DNA of 64,000 nt from Acidobacteriota bacterium (GTDB taxonomy: Bacteria > Acidobacteriota > Vicinamibacteria > Vicinamibacterales > CAVVIG01). The stretch is from NCBI GenBank assembly GCA_020850715.1, contig JADZED010000049.1:3693-67692 (forward strand), in the 5' to 3' direction. The first letter of the stretch is position 1. Each line of letters opens with the position of its first letter. The notes under the pieces are model-generated. The model did not search any database, had not been told where the DNA came from, and saw only the letters and a list, made by a program, of their open reading frames with translations. Of the stretch, positions 9,250 to 24,256 are shown piece after piece. The position numbers and the translations under genes are program-made.

Positions 9250-10164
9250 TCAGGCCTGCTCCACGACCGGCGCCATCTCTCGCACCTTCCGGCGGAAGCC
9301 CTCCAGCAGGCGGGTCGTCACCGGCCCGGGCGTGCCGGCGCCGATCCGCCTATCGTCGACCTGCACGATCGGGACGATCTCGCGGGTCGTACTCGTGAGG
9401 AAGCACTCGTCGGCGCCGAACAGGTCGGCGTCTCGAAGCACCTGCTCACGCACCGGGATCCCCGCATCCGCCCCCACCTCGAACAGGAAGCCCCGGGTGA
9501 TGCCCGGCAGCAGGCCGGCATCGATCGGCGGCGTGAGAGCGGCGCCTTCCGAGACGACGAACAGATTCGATTGCGTGCACTCGACGAGCTCGCCGCGGTA
9601 GTTGCGCATGATCCCCTCGTACGCGCCGCGGGCGAACGCCCGCTGCATGGCGAGCGCGTTGTTCAGCAGGTTGTTCGACTTGATGAGAGGGCTGAGCGCC
9701 TGCGGATGGTTCCGCACGACGTCGACCAACGCCACCGTCACGCCGGCCGCGAAGACCGCAGCCGGCGGATCGACGTGCGGCTTCACGATGATGACGATCG
9801 TCGGCGCCGGGCAGGCCGCCGGGTCGTACGTGAGTTCGCCGACGCCGCGGGTGACGAGGATGCGTATGTAGGCCTCGCCGCCAGAGCCGCCCCTCAGCCC
9901 TGCGGCGGTCATCGTCTCGGCGATCTGGCGCCGGAGATGAGCGTCGTCGGGCGGAACCGCGAGCGCGATCATGCCGGCCGAGGCCCGCAGCCGCTGCATG
10001 TGCCGCTCGAACAGGAACGGCTGGCCTTGGTAGGTGCGCAGGGTCTCGTACACGCCCTCGCCGTAGAGAAAGCCGTGATCGAAAACCGGGACGACCGCGT
10101 CCTTCCCGTCGAAGATGGATCCGTTGACGTTGACGAAGGCAGCCACGCCTGCAGCGTACATCAT
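9250..10164 (-). CDS. Class IV (fold type IV) PLP aminotransferase, branched-chain/D-amino-acid aminotransferase-like
   Basis: PVFDHGFLYGEGVYETLRTY, FLFERHMQRLRASA, IKSNNLLNNALA, ECTQSNLFVV and GITRG motifs. Confidence 0.85.
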   Translation of the reverse strand: MMYAAGVAAFVNVNGSIFDGKDAVVPVFDHGFLYGEGVYETLRTYQGQPFLFERHMQRLRASAGMIALAVPPDDAHLRRQIAETMTAAGLRGGSGGEAYIRILVTRGVGELTYDPAACPAPTIVIIVKPHVDPPAAVFAAGVTVALVDVVRNHPQALSPLIKSNNLLNNALAMQRAFARGAYEGIMRNYRGELVECTQSNLFVVSEGAALTPPIDAGLLPGITRGFLFEVGADAGIPVREQVLRDADLFGADECFLTSTTREIVPIVQVDDRRIGAGTPGPVTTRLLEGFRRKVREMAPVVEQA

Positions 10165-10202
10165 GAAGTCCGCCGCGCAAAACCCTGGAGTAAGATGCCC
10201 GG

Positions 10203-11750
10203 ATGCGGGTCCTGAACGCGGCGCAGATGCGCGAGGCGGATCGGCGGACGATCGAGGAGATCGGCATCGGATCGCTGGTGCTGATGGAGAACGCCGGCCG
10301 GCAGGTCGTGGCGGCGATCGAAGCCCAGCACGGCGACCTGCTGGAGCGCCGGGTGGCCGTTCTGTGCGGCCGGGGCAACAACGGCGGCGACGGCTTCGTC
10401 GTCGCGCGGACGCTGTGGCAGCGCGGCATCGACGTGGCCGTCTTCCTGATCGGGTCCGTCGCGGAGGTGCGCGGCGACGCGCGCGTCAACCTCGAGATCC
10501 TCGGCCGACTCGGGATCGCCGTTGTCGAAGTGGCCGATAGCCAGGCCTGGGAGCTTCACGTCTCCGAGGTGCTGGACTGCGCGCTCATCGTCGATGCGAT
10601 TCTCGGCACCGGCCTCAACGCGCCGGTCACCGGCCTCCTCGAATCGCTCATCGCGGACGTCAATGCCTCCGGCGTCCCCGTCGTCTCGGTCGACCTGCCG
10701 TCCGGGTTGTCGGCCGATACGCCGGACACGCGCGGCGCCTCGATCGAGGCCGGCCTCACGGTAACGCTCGCGGCTCCGAAGCTTCCGCTCGTGCTGCCGC
10801 CGGCGGAAGTGCGCGCCGGCGACGTCGTCATCGCCGATATCGGCATCCCCACGGCGGTGGTCGACGCACTCGACGGTCCCCGTCTCGATCTGCTCACGCG
10901 GGCATCGGTCCGGACGCTAATCCCGCCTCGCGCCGCCGACAGCCACAAGGGAGACTACGGGCATGTGTTCGTGGTGGCCGGATCCTCAGGCAAGACGGGG
11001 GCCGCGCACCTCGCCGCCGTCGGCTCGCTCAGGTCGGGCGCCGGTCTCGTCACCGTCGCGACGCCCGCCGGGGTGCGGGCGATCGTCGCGGCGATGGGCA
11101 CGGAGTACATGACCGAAGCGCTCGCGGAAGGAGCGGATGGCCTCGATCCGGATGGCGTCGAGCGCCTCCTCGAGCTGGCGCGCGACGTCATCGCGATCGG
11201 CCCTGGCCTGGGGCAGGCCGGCGACACGCGGCGGTTCGTGCAGGCGCTCGTCGATCGTGCGACGATGCCGCTGGTGGTCGACGCCGACGGGCTCAATGCC
11301 TTCGTCGCCGAGCCGGACATGCTGGCGGGCCGCGACGGGCGTCCGGTGATCATCACGCCTCACCCCGGCGAAATGGCGCGGCTGGTCGGCATGTCGGCGG
11401 ACGAGGTGCAGGCGAGCCGGCTCGAGGTCGCACGCAACTTCGCGATCGCGCATCGGGTCTACGTGGTGTTGAAGGGCCACCGCACGCTAATCGCGACGCC
11501 GGACGAGAAGGTGTTCATCAATCCGACCGGGAATCCCGGAATGGCAACGGGCGGAACCGGCGACCTGCTCACCGGCATGATCGCCGCATGGGTCGGGCAG
11601 CTCCTCGACGCCGAAGCCGCGTGCAAGATCGCCGTCTACCTGCACGGTCTGGCAGGCGATCTCACGCGGGCGGAGCAGGGGGAGGTCGCGATGACCGCCG
11701 CCGACATTGCCGAGCGGATCGGGGACGCGATCACCGAGATTGGGGACTAG
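10203..11750 (+). CDS. nnr: Bifunctional NAD(P)H-hydrate repair enzyme (NAD(P)HX epimerase / ADP-dependent dehydratase)
   Basis: N-terminal YjeF_N domain (LMENAGRQV...CGRGNNGGDGFVVAR) plus a C-terminal carbohydrate-kinase domain (HKGDYGHVFVVAGS...GNPGMATGGTGDLLTG). Confidence 0.92.
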   Translation: MRVLNAAQMREADRRTIEEIGIGSLVLMENAGRQVVAAIEAQHGDLLERRVAVLCGRGNNGGDGFVVARTLWQRGIDVAVFLIGSVAEVRGDARVNLEILGRLGIAVVEVADSQAWELHVSEVLDCALIVDAILGTGLNAPVTGLLESLIADVNASGVPVVSVDLPSGLSADTPDTRGASIEAGLTVTLAAPKLPLVLPPAEVRAGDVVIADIGIPTAVVDALDGPRLDLLTRASVRTLIPPRAADSHKGDYGHVFVVAGSSGKTGAAHLAAVGSLRSGAGLVTVATPAGVRAIVAAMGTEYMTEALAEGADGLDPDGVERLLELARDVIAIGPGLGQAGDTRRFVQALVDRATMPLVVDADGLNAFVAEPDMLAGRDGRPVIITPHPGEMARLVGMSADEVQASRLEVARNFAIAHRVYVVLKGHRTLIATPDEKVFINPTGNPGMATGGTGDLLTGMIAAWVGQLLDAEAACKIAVYLHGLAGDLTRAEQGEVAMTAADIAERIGDAITEIGD

Positions 11751-11787
11751 GAACCTGAAGCCGAATCCAGGAGTTGGCGCGCGGGCG

Positions 11788-12201
11788 GTGGAACGGACGC
11801 AGTCGGCGGCCGGAACGGCGGCTGTCGGACGTCTGGTTGCGGCACGCCTGGAGCCGGGTTCGGTCGTGCTCTTGTGCGGCGATCTCGGGGCCGGGAAGAC
11901 GGCGTTCGTGAAGGGGCTGGCCGAAGGTCTCGGGGTGCCGCCGGAAGAGGTCAGCAGCCCGACGTTCACGCTCGTGCAGGAATACCGCGGCGGCCGGCTG
12001 CTGCTGTATCACGTCGATCTGTACCGTCTGAACGATCCCCGCGAGATCGAGGATCTGGGCCTCGACGAGATAGCGGCCGATGGCGTCCTGGCCGTCGAGT
12101 GGGCGGAGAAGTGGCCGCGCCCGCCCGATGGCGCCGTCGTCGTCCGGATCGTCCATGGCAACGACGACGAGCGCACCATCGAGATCGGGAATCTGGAATG
12201 A
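11788..12201 (+). CDS. tsaE: tRNA t6A37 biosynthesis ATPase TsaE (YjeE)
   Basis: LCGDLGAGKTAFVKGLAEGLG...SPTFTLVQEY...HVDLYRL. The start is uncertain. I chose the GTG at 11788 because the ORF-track start at 11707 overlaps nnr. Confidence 0.85.
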   Translation: MERTQSAAGTAAVGRLVAARLEPGSVVLLCGDLGAGKTAFVKGLAEGLGVPPEEVSSPTFTLVQEYRGGRLLLYHVDLYRLNDPREIEDLGLDEIAADGVLAVEWAEKWPRPPDGAVVVRIVHGNDDERTIEIGNLE

Positions 12202-12258
12202 AGGGCGCCGGAGCCATGCGCCCGAAACCGCGCCACGGGCCCGATGATCCGTTCCGTG

Positions 12259-16778
<4,520 letters not shown>

Positions 16779-16887
16779 CTACGGCGTTGGAAGGCCCGCG
16801 GGTATCCAGCAATTCTAACACGTGGGTTGGCCCCCTCCGGGCAGCGCGGCGGCGCCACGTCCGCCGGGGAGGTGCGGCCGGAATACG

Positions 16888-17805
16888 CTAGCGCGGGGCG
16901 ATCGGGGTGGTCAGCAGTTGCAGGGGGTTGAGCAGCTGGCCGTTGACGAGAATCTCGTAGTGAACGTGCGAACCGGTCGCTCGACCGGTCGCGCCCACCA
17001 GACCGATCACGTCGCCGCGCTTCACGACGTCGCCCTGTTTCACCTCGAATGCGCTCAGGTGCCCGTAGCGGGTCGTGAGGCCGAAACCATGATCGAGCAC
17101 CACCAGGTTGCCATAGTCGCCGTTGTACGCCGCGAAGTCCACCTGCCCGTCGGCGGTCGCGAAGACCGGCGAACCCTTTTCGAGCGAGATGTCGAGCCCC
17201 TGGTGGAACCCGCGCTGGTGCGTGAACGGATCGCTGCGTCCGCCGAAGGTGCCCGTGAGCCAGCCGTGCGCGGGCCAGATCGACGGCGTCGCGCTGGCCA
17301 GCGCCTCGGTGCGCTCGACGCCGCGCCGGACGTTGCTGAGGCGATGCTCCAGCGCCTGCAGCATCCGCCGCAGCATGCCGAACGTGTCCTCGGGAGAGGA
17401 GAGCGACGCGTCGACGAGGCTGCTGATGGTGGCGTTGGGGGCCGCGGTGCCACCCATCGCGCGGTTCTTGACGACAGCCGGCAGCTTCTGCATCGCCTGG
17501 AGTTCGGTCGGATCGATGGACGCACGGGTGCCCAGCTCGTTGATCACCCCTTCGAGCGACTGGATCTGGCCCGTCAGCTCGCCGGTGGCCGCACGATAGC
17601 TCGTGTTCTCGACCAGGAGCGCCTCGTTGGTGATCCGGAGCTGGTCGATGTCGCTCATCGCACTCCAGCGGGCGCCAAGGCCGATCAGCACCGGCAAGGC
17701 GTAGACGACACCCGCCAGCAGCAGGGTGGAGCGCAGACCCAGATTGAGCCGGCGCATGACGCCGCTGGTCCGATCCGCAATCAACACCGTATACCGTCGG
17801 GCCAT
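16888..17805 (-). CDS. M23/LytM-family peptidoglycan endopeptidase (membrane anchor + coiled coil + LytM domain)
   Basis: N-terminal TM segment LLLAGVVYALPVLIGLG. LytM motifs HQGLDIS, GNLVVLDHGFGLTTRYGHL and GATGRATGSHVHYEI. Confidence 0.88.
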   Translation of the reverse strand: MARRYTVLIADRTSGVMRRLNLGLRSTLLLAGVVYALPVLIGLGARWSAMSDIDQLRITNEALLVENTSYRAATGELTGQIQSLEGVINELGTRASIDPTELQAMQKLPAVVKNRAMGGTAAPNATISSLVDASLSSPEDTFGMLRRMLQALEHRLSNVRRGVERTEALASATPSIWPAHGWLTGTFGGRSDPFTHQRGFHQGLDISLEKGSPVFATADGQVDFAAYNGDYGNLVVLDHGFGLTTRYGHLSAFEVKQGDVVKRGDVIGLVGATGRATGSHVHYEILVNGQLLNPLQLLTTPIAPR

Positions 17806-18044
17806 CCGGTTCGTGAGTTCTCCAGGATACGGCAGAGCCGTGAGGCAACGTCGCGCAGAGCCTGCGCGAAAAACCTCAAAACTCTACCACATGGGCTCGG
17901 AACGCCCCAAGCTGGAAACGACGAGGCGAACAAAGGCCGAAGCCGTCGACCGACTCCTGCCTCCACCACGCCGCGAACGGCAGGATTCGAGGGCCAACCC
18001 GGAAGGTTGCGACACGGCGCGCGCGGCCATCGGCGATCGTGACG

Positions 18045-19553
18045 TCAGCCGGCCATCCGATACTGCAGCGCCTCGGCGACGTCGTCTTGCGCGATGGCTC
18101 CGCGCCCCGCGAGATCGGCGATCGTGCGGGCGACCTTCCGCATCCGGTCGAAGCCGCGGGCCGTCAGTGCGAGCCTCGCGGCGGCTGCGCTCAACAGCCG
18201 CGAGGATGCCGCGTCGAGCGCGCAGTGGCGGTGGATGAGCGATGGCGTGAGCTCGGCGTTGGTTCGGATCCGCTCGGATGCGTACCGCTGGTGCTGCCAG
18301 TCCCGCGCGGCAACGACCCGCGCGCGAACCGCCGCGGACGATTCGGCCGTCGAGCCGCCCCAGAGGGCATCGTGCGGCACCGCGGGGACTTCGACCGTCA
18401 GGTCAAGCCGATCCCGCAGCGGCCCTGACAGCCGGCCGCGATACCGGTCGATCTGTACCGGCGTGCAGCGGCATTCGCGCACCGGATCGCCGGCAAAGCC
18501 GCACGGGCAGGGATTCATCGCGCCGGCCAGAACGAAGCGGGCCGGGAACACGACCGTGCGCGCGGCGCGCGCCACCGTCACCGCGCCTTCCTCGAGCGGC
18601 TGCCGGAGCACCTCCAGCACGTGGCGGCTGAATTCGAGCATCTCGTCGAGGAACAGGACGCCGTGATGGGCGAGGCTGACCTCTCCCGGCCGCGGCTGCG
18701 CCCCGCCGCCCACGAGCGCCACGTCGGAGATCGTGTGATGGGGTGCGCGGAACGGGCGATCTGCGATCAGACCGGCGGGCGCCGGCAGCAGGCCGGCGAC
18801 CGAGTGGATCGAGGTGACCTCCAGCGCCTCGTCGAAGGTGAGCGGCGGAAGAACGCCCGCCATCCGCCGCGCCATCATCGTCTTGCCGGCGCCGGGCGGG
18901 CCGACGAGCAGCAGGTTGTGGCCGCCGGCGCACGCGATCTCGAGCGCACGCCGGGCGAGAAGCTGCCCGCGGACGTCGGCCAGGTCCGGCACGGTCGCCG
19001 GCCGGGCCGCGGCCTGCGCCGTCTGATGCGGCCGCACGCTCGACGGCGCATTGAGCGCCTGGACGGCCTCGGCGAGCGTCGAGACGCCGAACACCGTCAG
19101 GCCCGAGACAATCGCGGCCTCTGCGGCATTTTGCAGTGGCAGGAGGACGCCCGCCGCCTTCCACCGGCGGGCCGCTGCCGCAATCGGGAGGACTCCGCGC
19201 GTGGCATGGATCGAGCCGTCGAGCGACAATTCGCCGAGCAGCACGAACTCGGGAATGTCGCGCCGCTCGACGATCCCCAGCGCCGCCAGAATGCCGAGCG
19301 CGATCGGCAGGTCGAACGCGGCCCCAGCCTTCCTCACGTCGGCAGGCGCGAGGTTCACCGTGACACGGTGGGGCGGAAACTCGAAGCCTGAATTCCGAAT
19401 CGCGCTGCGAACACGGTCGCGACTCTCGCGGACGCTGGCGTCGGGCAGCCCCACCATCGCGAAGCTCGGGAAGCCGAACGAAACGTCGACTTCCACCTCC
19501 ACGGGCCAGGCGTCGACGCCGAAGAGCGCCGCCGTTCGCAGGCAGGCCAGCAT
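18045..19553 (-). CDS. comM: YifB/ComM-family Mg-chelatase-like AAA+ ATPase
   Basis: MLACLRTAALFGVDAWPVEVEVDVS (Lon-like N domain), Walker A GPPGAGKTMMA, GVLFLDEMLEF, and the C-terminal zinc ribbon CPCG...CRC. Confidence 0.9.
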   Translation of the reverse strand: MLACLRTAALFGVDAWPVEVEVDVSFGFPSFAMVGLPDASVRESRDRVRSAIRNSGFEFPPHRVTVNLAPADVRKAGAAFDLPIALGILAALGIVERRDIPEFVLLGELSLDGSIHATRGVLPIAAAARRWKAAGVLLPLQNAAEAAIVSGLTVFGVSTLAEAVQALNAPSSVRPHQTAQAAARPATVPDLADVRGQLLARRALEIACAGGHNLLLVGPPGAGKTMMARRMAGVLPPLTFDEALEVTSIHSVAGLLPAPAGLIADRPFRAPHHTISDVALVGGGAQPRPGEVSLAHHGVLFLDEMLEFSRHVLEVLRQPLEEGAVTVARAARTVVFPARFVLAGAMNPCPCGFAGDPVRECRCTPVQIDRYRGRLSGPLRDRLDLTVEVPAVPHDALWGGSTAESSAAVRARVVAARDWQHQRYASERIRTNAELTPSLIHRHCALDAASSRLLSAAAARLALTARGFDRMRKVARTIADLAGRGAIAQDDVAEALQYRMAG

Positions 19554-19749
19554 CCCCCCCGCCGGCTGCAAGGAGCGCCGCCACCATGCCCGCGGCGCGG
19601 ATTCAACGACTTACCGGCGATGATCCACGCCGGGTGGCATTTGCTGCCGTGCGGGCGTGCCTCCCGGCGTGCAGAGACTGATCAAAGAGTGCGTCGACGC
19701 CGATACCCTGTGTGTCCTATTCTCTAAGCCCATCTGGAGAGCGAGTCCC

Positions 19750-22479
19750 ATGCTTGATGCGTTCAAGAACATGACCGGCGGAAAGGCCCGGCAGGAGAAG
19801 CAGGTCTCCGAACTGGAGACGCTGATCGCGACCGCCCGCGAGGAGCGGACGGCCATCAGCGCCATGCTCAGCTCGCTGACTGCCCGCAGCGCGAAACTGA
19901 TGCCGCTCGGGAAGTCGCTCGAGCAGTTGACGGAGAAGGCCGCCACGGCCGCGACCCGCCTCGACGACATCGCCAAACGCCTGGCGTCGCTCGACGACCG
20001 GGCCAAGGATCTGGCCGAGGTCGACAAGCGCATCCAGGCGCTCAAGGAAGCCGCCAGGCAGGCCGAAGTCACGACGCAGAAAGCGCTCGGGCCCGACGGG
20101 GAGCTGCAGAAGCATCGCGAGGCCGTGCAGCACCTCTCGTCGCAGGCGCTGCAGACGCAGGCGACGCTCGACACGCTGAAGAAGGAGCGGACCGCCCTGG
20201 AGGATCTCCGGTCGCAGCTGCACGAGTCGGAAGGGGAGGTCAGGCAGTCGCTCGGCCAGGCATCCTCGCTGCGCGGAGAGCTCGATCAGATCCGCAGCGC
20301 GGCGACGACGCTCACCCAGGACTTCACGAAGATCCGCGAGTCGTCGCGCGAAGCGCGCGAAGACACCAACGCGGCGGTTGCCACGGTCAAGGAGGTCGAG
20401 AAGAAGCTCGTGCCGCTCCAGCAGCTCCACGAGCTGAGCCAGAGCACGGAAGAGCGCCTGAGCGCGCTGAACGCGCTCGCCGAGCATGTCTCCCGCAAGG
20501 CGAAGGCGCTCGACAGCCAGCAGCAGGCCGTCGAGCACGCCGTGGTTCAGGCGAACCGCGTCAACGAGATGGTCTGGTCGATGGACGCGCAGATCGCCAG
20601 GATCACCGAGGGCATGAAACAGGTTGCCCGCGCCGACGACACGATCGCGCGGATCGAGAAACTGAGCCAGGACACCGATCGGCAGATGGAGGCGGCCGCC
20701 AAGCTGCGGCAGGAAACCGAGCGTGAGACCGGCAAGCTGACCAAAGAAGCCGGCGTGGTGCTCGAGTCGGTGCGCGGGCAGGTCGACACGCTCGCGCTCA
20801 AGAAGAAGGAGTTCGAGGCATTCGAGGAGCGGCTGCGGGCACTGCAGGCATCGGTCGGCGACGCGGAAGCACGGATGCAGGCGATCGCGGCAAAGGACAA
20901 GCACCTGATCGCGCTGGGTGAGAAGACCGATGGGCTGTCGAAGCGGTTCGAGACGCTCTTCGGCCAGGCCGACGATCTCACCAGGCGCCAGCTCTCGCTC
21001 GAGGCGCTGCACGAGCGGCTCGCGCAGGTCGACGACCTGGCGAAGAAGGCCGCCTGGCAGATGGACGCGCTGAAGCAGAGCCGACAGGACCTCGACACAC
21101 TCCGCGGCGAGATTCAGGAGTTCCACAAAGCGCACGCGGACGCGGCGAAACTGGGCGACCGGCTGGGCGCCGATCGTCTCGCCCTGGAGACGTTCGTCGA
21201 GCGCATGAACGCGTTCTCGGCGCAGACACCCGAGCTCGAAGCAAAGCTCGACGGCATCACGAACAAGCTGAAGGCGGTCGAAGAGGGCGCGCAGAAGGCT
21301 ACCCGTCTGCAGGAGTCGGTCGCGGAGCTCGACGCGCAGATCTCGCGGGTGAGCGCCCGGCTGCCGTTCGTCGAGAAGCTCGAAGGCCGGCTCAACGGCC
21401 TCAACGTGCTGAGCGCCGAAGTCGATCGGAAGCTCGAAGAGCAGCTCGCGCGCCGCGCGGAGCTCGACACGTTGAAGACGGCGTGCGACGAGCTCGGGGC
21501 GCAGATGGAGAACGCTCAGCACAAGCTCGAAGGCGTTCACGCGCTCCAGACCCGGCTCGTGCCGCTGGTCGCCGAGCTCAGCGCGCTCCGCAAGGAGATT
21601 GGCGTTGCGCAGGAGCGCATCGGCGGGATCAAGCACGACGAAGCGGCGGTCGCCGAGCAGGAGAAGCGCTTCGCCGAACTGCTCGGCTCGAGCCGCGCGG
21701 TCGCCGCGGAAGTCGGCGAACGCACGAGGCAGATGCAGGCGCTGGCCGAGGAGCTCACCCGCGCGACCGGCGTCAAGGACGATCTGCTCGCCGAGCTGGA
21801 TCGCGTCCAGAGCCGCCAGCGCGACGCGCTGGGCCAGGTGCAGGCGACCGAGGATCAGCTCGCGCGCGCCGAGAACATGTTCAAACAGCTCGAGCAGCGG
21901 CGGACGCAGGTCGCTTTCGGCGAGAAGAAGCTCGCGGCCGTCGAGTCGCGTCTCGCCGAGATCAAGCAGCTGGCGACGCAGCTCGACGCGCACCTGGCCT
22001 CAGTCGCCGGCCGCGAGCAGGTCGTCCTCGCGGTGAAGGATGCCGTCGAACACGTGCACCAGATCAGCGCGCGGAGCAAGGCCGACCTGGATCACGTCGC
22101 CGCGCACCGGAGCGAGGTCGCGACGCTCAAGACCAGTGTGGACGAACTGCTGTCGCGGATCGCCGAGACCGACTCGCGAATGACGGCCATCGACGGCCGG
22201 CGCAAGATGGTCGACGAGGTGCAGACGAAGGCGAACGCCATCGTGCACCTGCTCGACGACGTGCGCATCAACCTCGAGACGCTCGGCGAACAGAAGGCCG
22301 TGGTGGACCACGTCGCGGAGAAGGCAGCAAAGCTGGAGTTCGTGCTGCAGGAGGCGCGCCAGACGCTGCGCACGCTGCAGCACGAGCGCGAACTGGCCGA
22401 ACGCATCGAGCAGGGTATCCGGCAGCTGCGCGCGACCGGCAAGCCCGACGAGAAGCGTCCGGCCCAGCAGGCCGGGTAA
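19750..22479 (+). CDS. 909-aa coiled-coil-rich protein of unknown function
   Basis: Continuous Ala/Glu/Leu/Gln/Arg/Lys-rich heptad-like sequence from residue ~15 to the C-terminus. I recognised no Walker, TM or signal motif. The start at MLDAFKNMTGG is chosen over the upstream GTG. Confidence 0.7.
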   Translation: MLDAFKNMTGGKARQEKQVSELETLIATAREERTAISAMLSSLTARSAKLMPLGKSLEQLTEKAATAATRLDDIAKRLASLDDRAKDLAEVDKRIQALKEAARQAEVTTQKALGPDGELQKHREAVQHLSSQALQTQATLDTLKKERTALEDLRSQLHESEGEVRQSLGQASSLRGELDQIRSAATTLTQDFTKIRESSREAREDTNAAVATVKEVEKKLVPLQQLHELSQSTEERLSALNALAEHVSRKAKALDSQQQAVEHAVVQANRVNEMVWSMDAQIARITEGMKQVARADDTIARIEKLSQDTDRQMEAAAKLRQETERETGKLTKEAGVVLESVRGQVDTLALKKKEFEAFEERLRALQASVGDAEARMQAIAAKDKHLIALGEKTDGLSKRFETLFGQADDLTRRQLSLEALHERLAQVDDLAKKAAWQMDALKQSRQDLDTLRGEIQEFHKAHADAAKLGDRLGADRLALETFVERMNAFSAQTPELEAKLDGITNKLKAVEEGAQKATRLQESVAELDAQISRVSARLPFVEKLEGRLNGLNVLSAEVDRKLEEQLARRAELDTLKTACDELGAQMENAQHKLEGVHALQTRLVPLVAELSALRKEIGVAQERIGGIKHDEAAVAEQEKRFAELLGSSRAVAAEVGERTRQMQALAEELTRATGVKDDLLAELDRVQSRQRDALGQVQATEDQLARAENMFKQLEQRRTQVAFGEKKLAAVESRLAEIKQLATQLDAHLASVAGREQVVLAVKDAVEHVHQISARSKADLDHVAAHRSEVATLKTSVDELLSRIAETDSRMTAIDGRRKMVDEVQTKANAIVHLLDDVRINLETLGEQKAVVDHVAEKAAKLEFVLQEARQTLRTLQHERELAERIEQGIRQLRATGKPDEKRPAQQAG

Positions 22480-22531
22480 CGGACCGCTTCCGCCCCGCTG
22501 AACGCAGACCTCGGCCGCGCCGGGCCCGATC

Positions 22532-24256
22532 TCAGTTGGCGGGCCTGTAGACCGTAATCCGCAATCCGGCCATCAACCGCGTGGGCGCGGGCAGCCGCGG
22601 ATTCCACGAGCGCAGCGCATCGACTGTCGTCTTGAACAGGCGGGCGACCGAGAAGAGCGTGTCGCCCTGCCGGATGCGGTAGGTGATCTTCACGCGGTCG
22701 GACACTGCGTCCTCTGCCAGCGCCCCGGCCGCATCGACCGTCGGGCGCACCTCGGCCGGCGGCGCCGGCTGTTCGGTGGCCGCCGCCATGAGCGGCGTCG
22801 CCTCGCGCGGCACGATCAGCTTGTCGCCAATCCGCACCCGCGCGCCCGTCTTCAGGTAGTTCGCCTCCGCCAGATCGGTCCGGCTCACGCGCAGCTTCCG
22901 CGCAATCGTCGAGAGCGTGTCCCCCTTCTTGGCCGTGTACCAGTTGAGCGTGACGAGATCCTCGCCGGATGTCTCGGCGATCCTCTCGAGCACCGCGTCG
23001 CCGGTGCCGAAGGGCACCTTCAGCTCGTACGATTCGGCTTTCACGGGGGTCGTCCATCGGCGCAGTTCGGGATTGAGCGCCTGGATCGCGTCCACGGTCG
23101 TGTCGGCCCACTCGGCGATTCGCCTGAGATCGACCGCCTGCGGGAGCGTGACCTTGTCGTAGGGCTGAGGCGGCTCGGTCGTGAGCTCGAAGCCGTACTG
23201 CGTCGGATTCCGCGCGATCACGATCGCCGCCAGAATCATCGGCACGTAGGCGCGCGTTTCGCGCGGCAGCACGCGCGGCTTCTCGGCGAGCGTCCAGAAG
23301 TCCGTGCTGCGGGCGCGCTTGATTGCCTTCTGCACCCGGCCCGGTCCGCCGTTGTACGAGGCCAGCGCCAGGTGCCAGTCGCCGTCGAAGAGGCCGCTGA
23401 GCGTCTTGAGATACTTCGCGGCCGCGACCGTCGCCTTCTGCGGGTCCGACCGCTCGTCCACATACCAGTCGGTGTGCAGGCCGTTCTCGCGGGCCGTCGC
23501 GGCCATGAACTGCCAGACGCCCTTGGCGCGCGCGCGGGAAAGGGCGTTGGGCTTGAAGGCGCTCTCGATCAGCGGCACGTAGGCGAGATCGAGCGGCAGC
23601 CCCTCGGCGCGGAACACGCTCTGGATCATCGGGAGATACCTGCTGCCGCGCTGCATGCCCTCCTGGATGAAATCGTGCAGCCGTCCCTGGAACAGCTCGA
23701 TGTAGGAGAGCACCCGGTCGTTCAGCGGAATCGGGATGTCATGGACGACATGGTCGAGATCGGAGCGCACGGCCCCGGCCAGGCCGGCCGCCGGCGCCGG
23801 CTCCCCGAAGGTGGACGACAGCGCCAGCAGGTCGTCGATGGACGCCGGCTCATACGGCTTCTCGGTGAAGCCGTCGCCCTGCGCGAGCGCCTTGATCTCG
23901 TACGCGCTGATGCGGTCGACCAGCCAGTCGAATCGCTCGCGCACCCGCGAGTCGGCGCGGCCGCCGAATGGCGACTCCAGCAGGACGTCGATCGCCTGGT
24001 TGAACTCCTGTTTGGCCGCCTCGAAATGCCCGGCGTCGAGCGCCTGCTGCCCTGCGCGGAAGTGCGTGTCGGAGGTCGCAATCAGCGCGTCGACCGGATC
24101 GTCGGCCGGCGCCTGCGGCCCGAGCACCGGCTCGGGAGGCGGCAGCAAGGGGATGGGCCTGCCTCGGGACGCCGACCCGCCAAGAGCCGAACTGCAGGCC
24201 GCGACGAAGGGAAGCAGCGCGAGAAGGACCCGCAACTGCCACTGAGCTCGTACCAT
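22532..24256 (-). CDS. MltD-like membrane-bound lytic transglycosylase lipoprotein with C-terminal LysM repeats
   Basis: Lipobox LPFVAAC. SLT core LAYVPLIESAFKPNALSRARAKGVWQFM...ASYNGGPG. At least two LysM repeats (YTAKKGDTLSTIARKL..., YRIRQGDTLFSVARLF...). Confidence 0.88.
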   Translation of the reverse strand: MVRAQWQLRVLLALLPFVAACSSALGGSASRGRPIPLLPPPEPVLGPQAPADDPVDALIATSDTHFRAGQQALDAGHFEAAKQEFNQAIDVLLESPFGGRADSRVRERFDWLVDRISAYEIKALAQGDGFTEKPYEPASIDDLLALSSTFGEPAPAAGLAGAVRSDLDHVVHDIPIPLNDRVLSYIELFQGRLHDFIQEGMQRGSRYLPMIQSVFRAEGLPLDLAYVPLIESAFKPNALSRARAKGVWQFMAATARENGLHTDWYVDERSDPQKATVAAAKYLKTLSGLFDGDWHLALASYNGGPGRVQKAIKRARSTDFWTLAEKPRVLPRETRAYVPMILAAIVIARNPTQYGFELTTEPPQPYDKVTLPQAVDLRRIAEWADTTVDAIQALNPELRRWTTPVKAESYELKVPFGTGDAVLERIAETSGEDLVTLNWYTAKKGDTLSTIARKLRVSRTDLAEANYLKTGARVRIGDKLIVPREATPLMAAATEQPAPPAEVRPTVDAAGALAEDAVSDRVKITYRIRQGDTLFSVARLFKTTVDALRSWNPRLPAPTRLMAGLRITVYRPAN

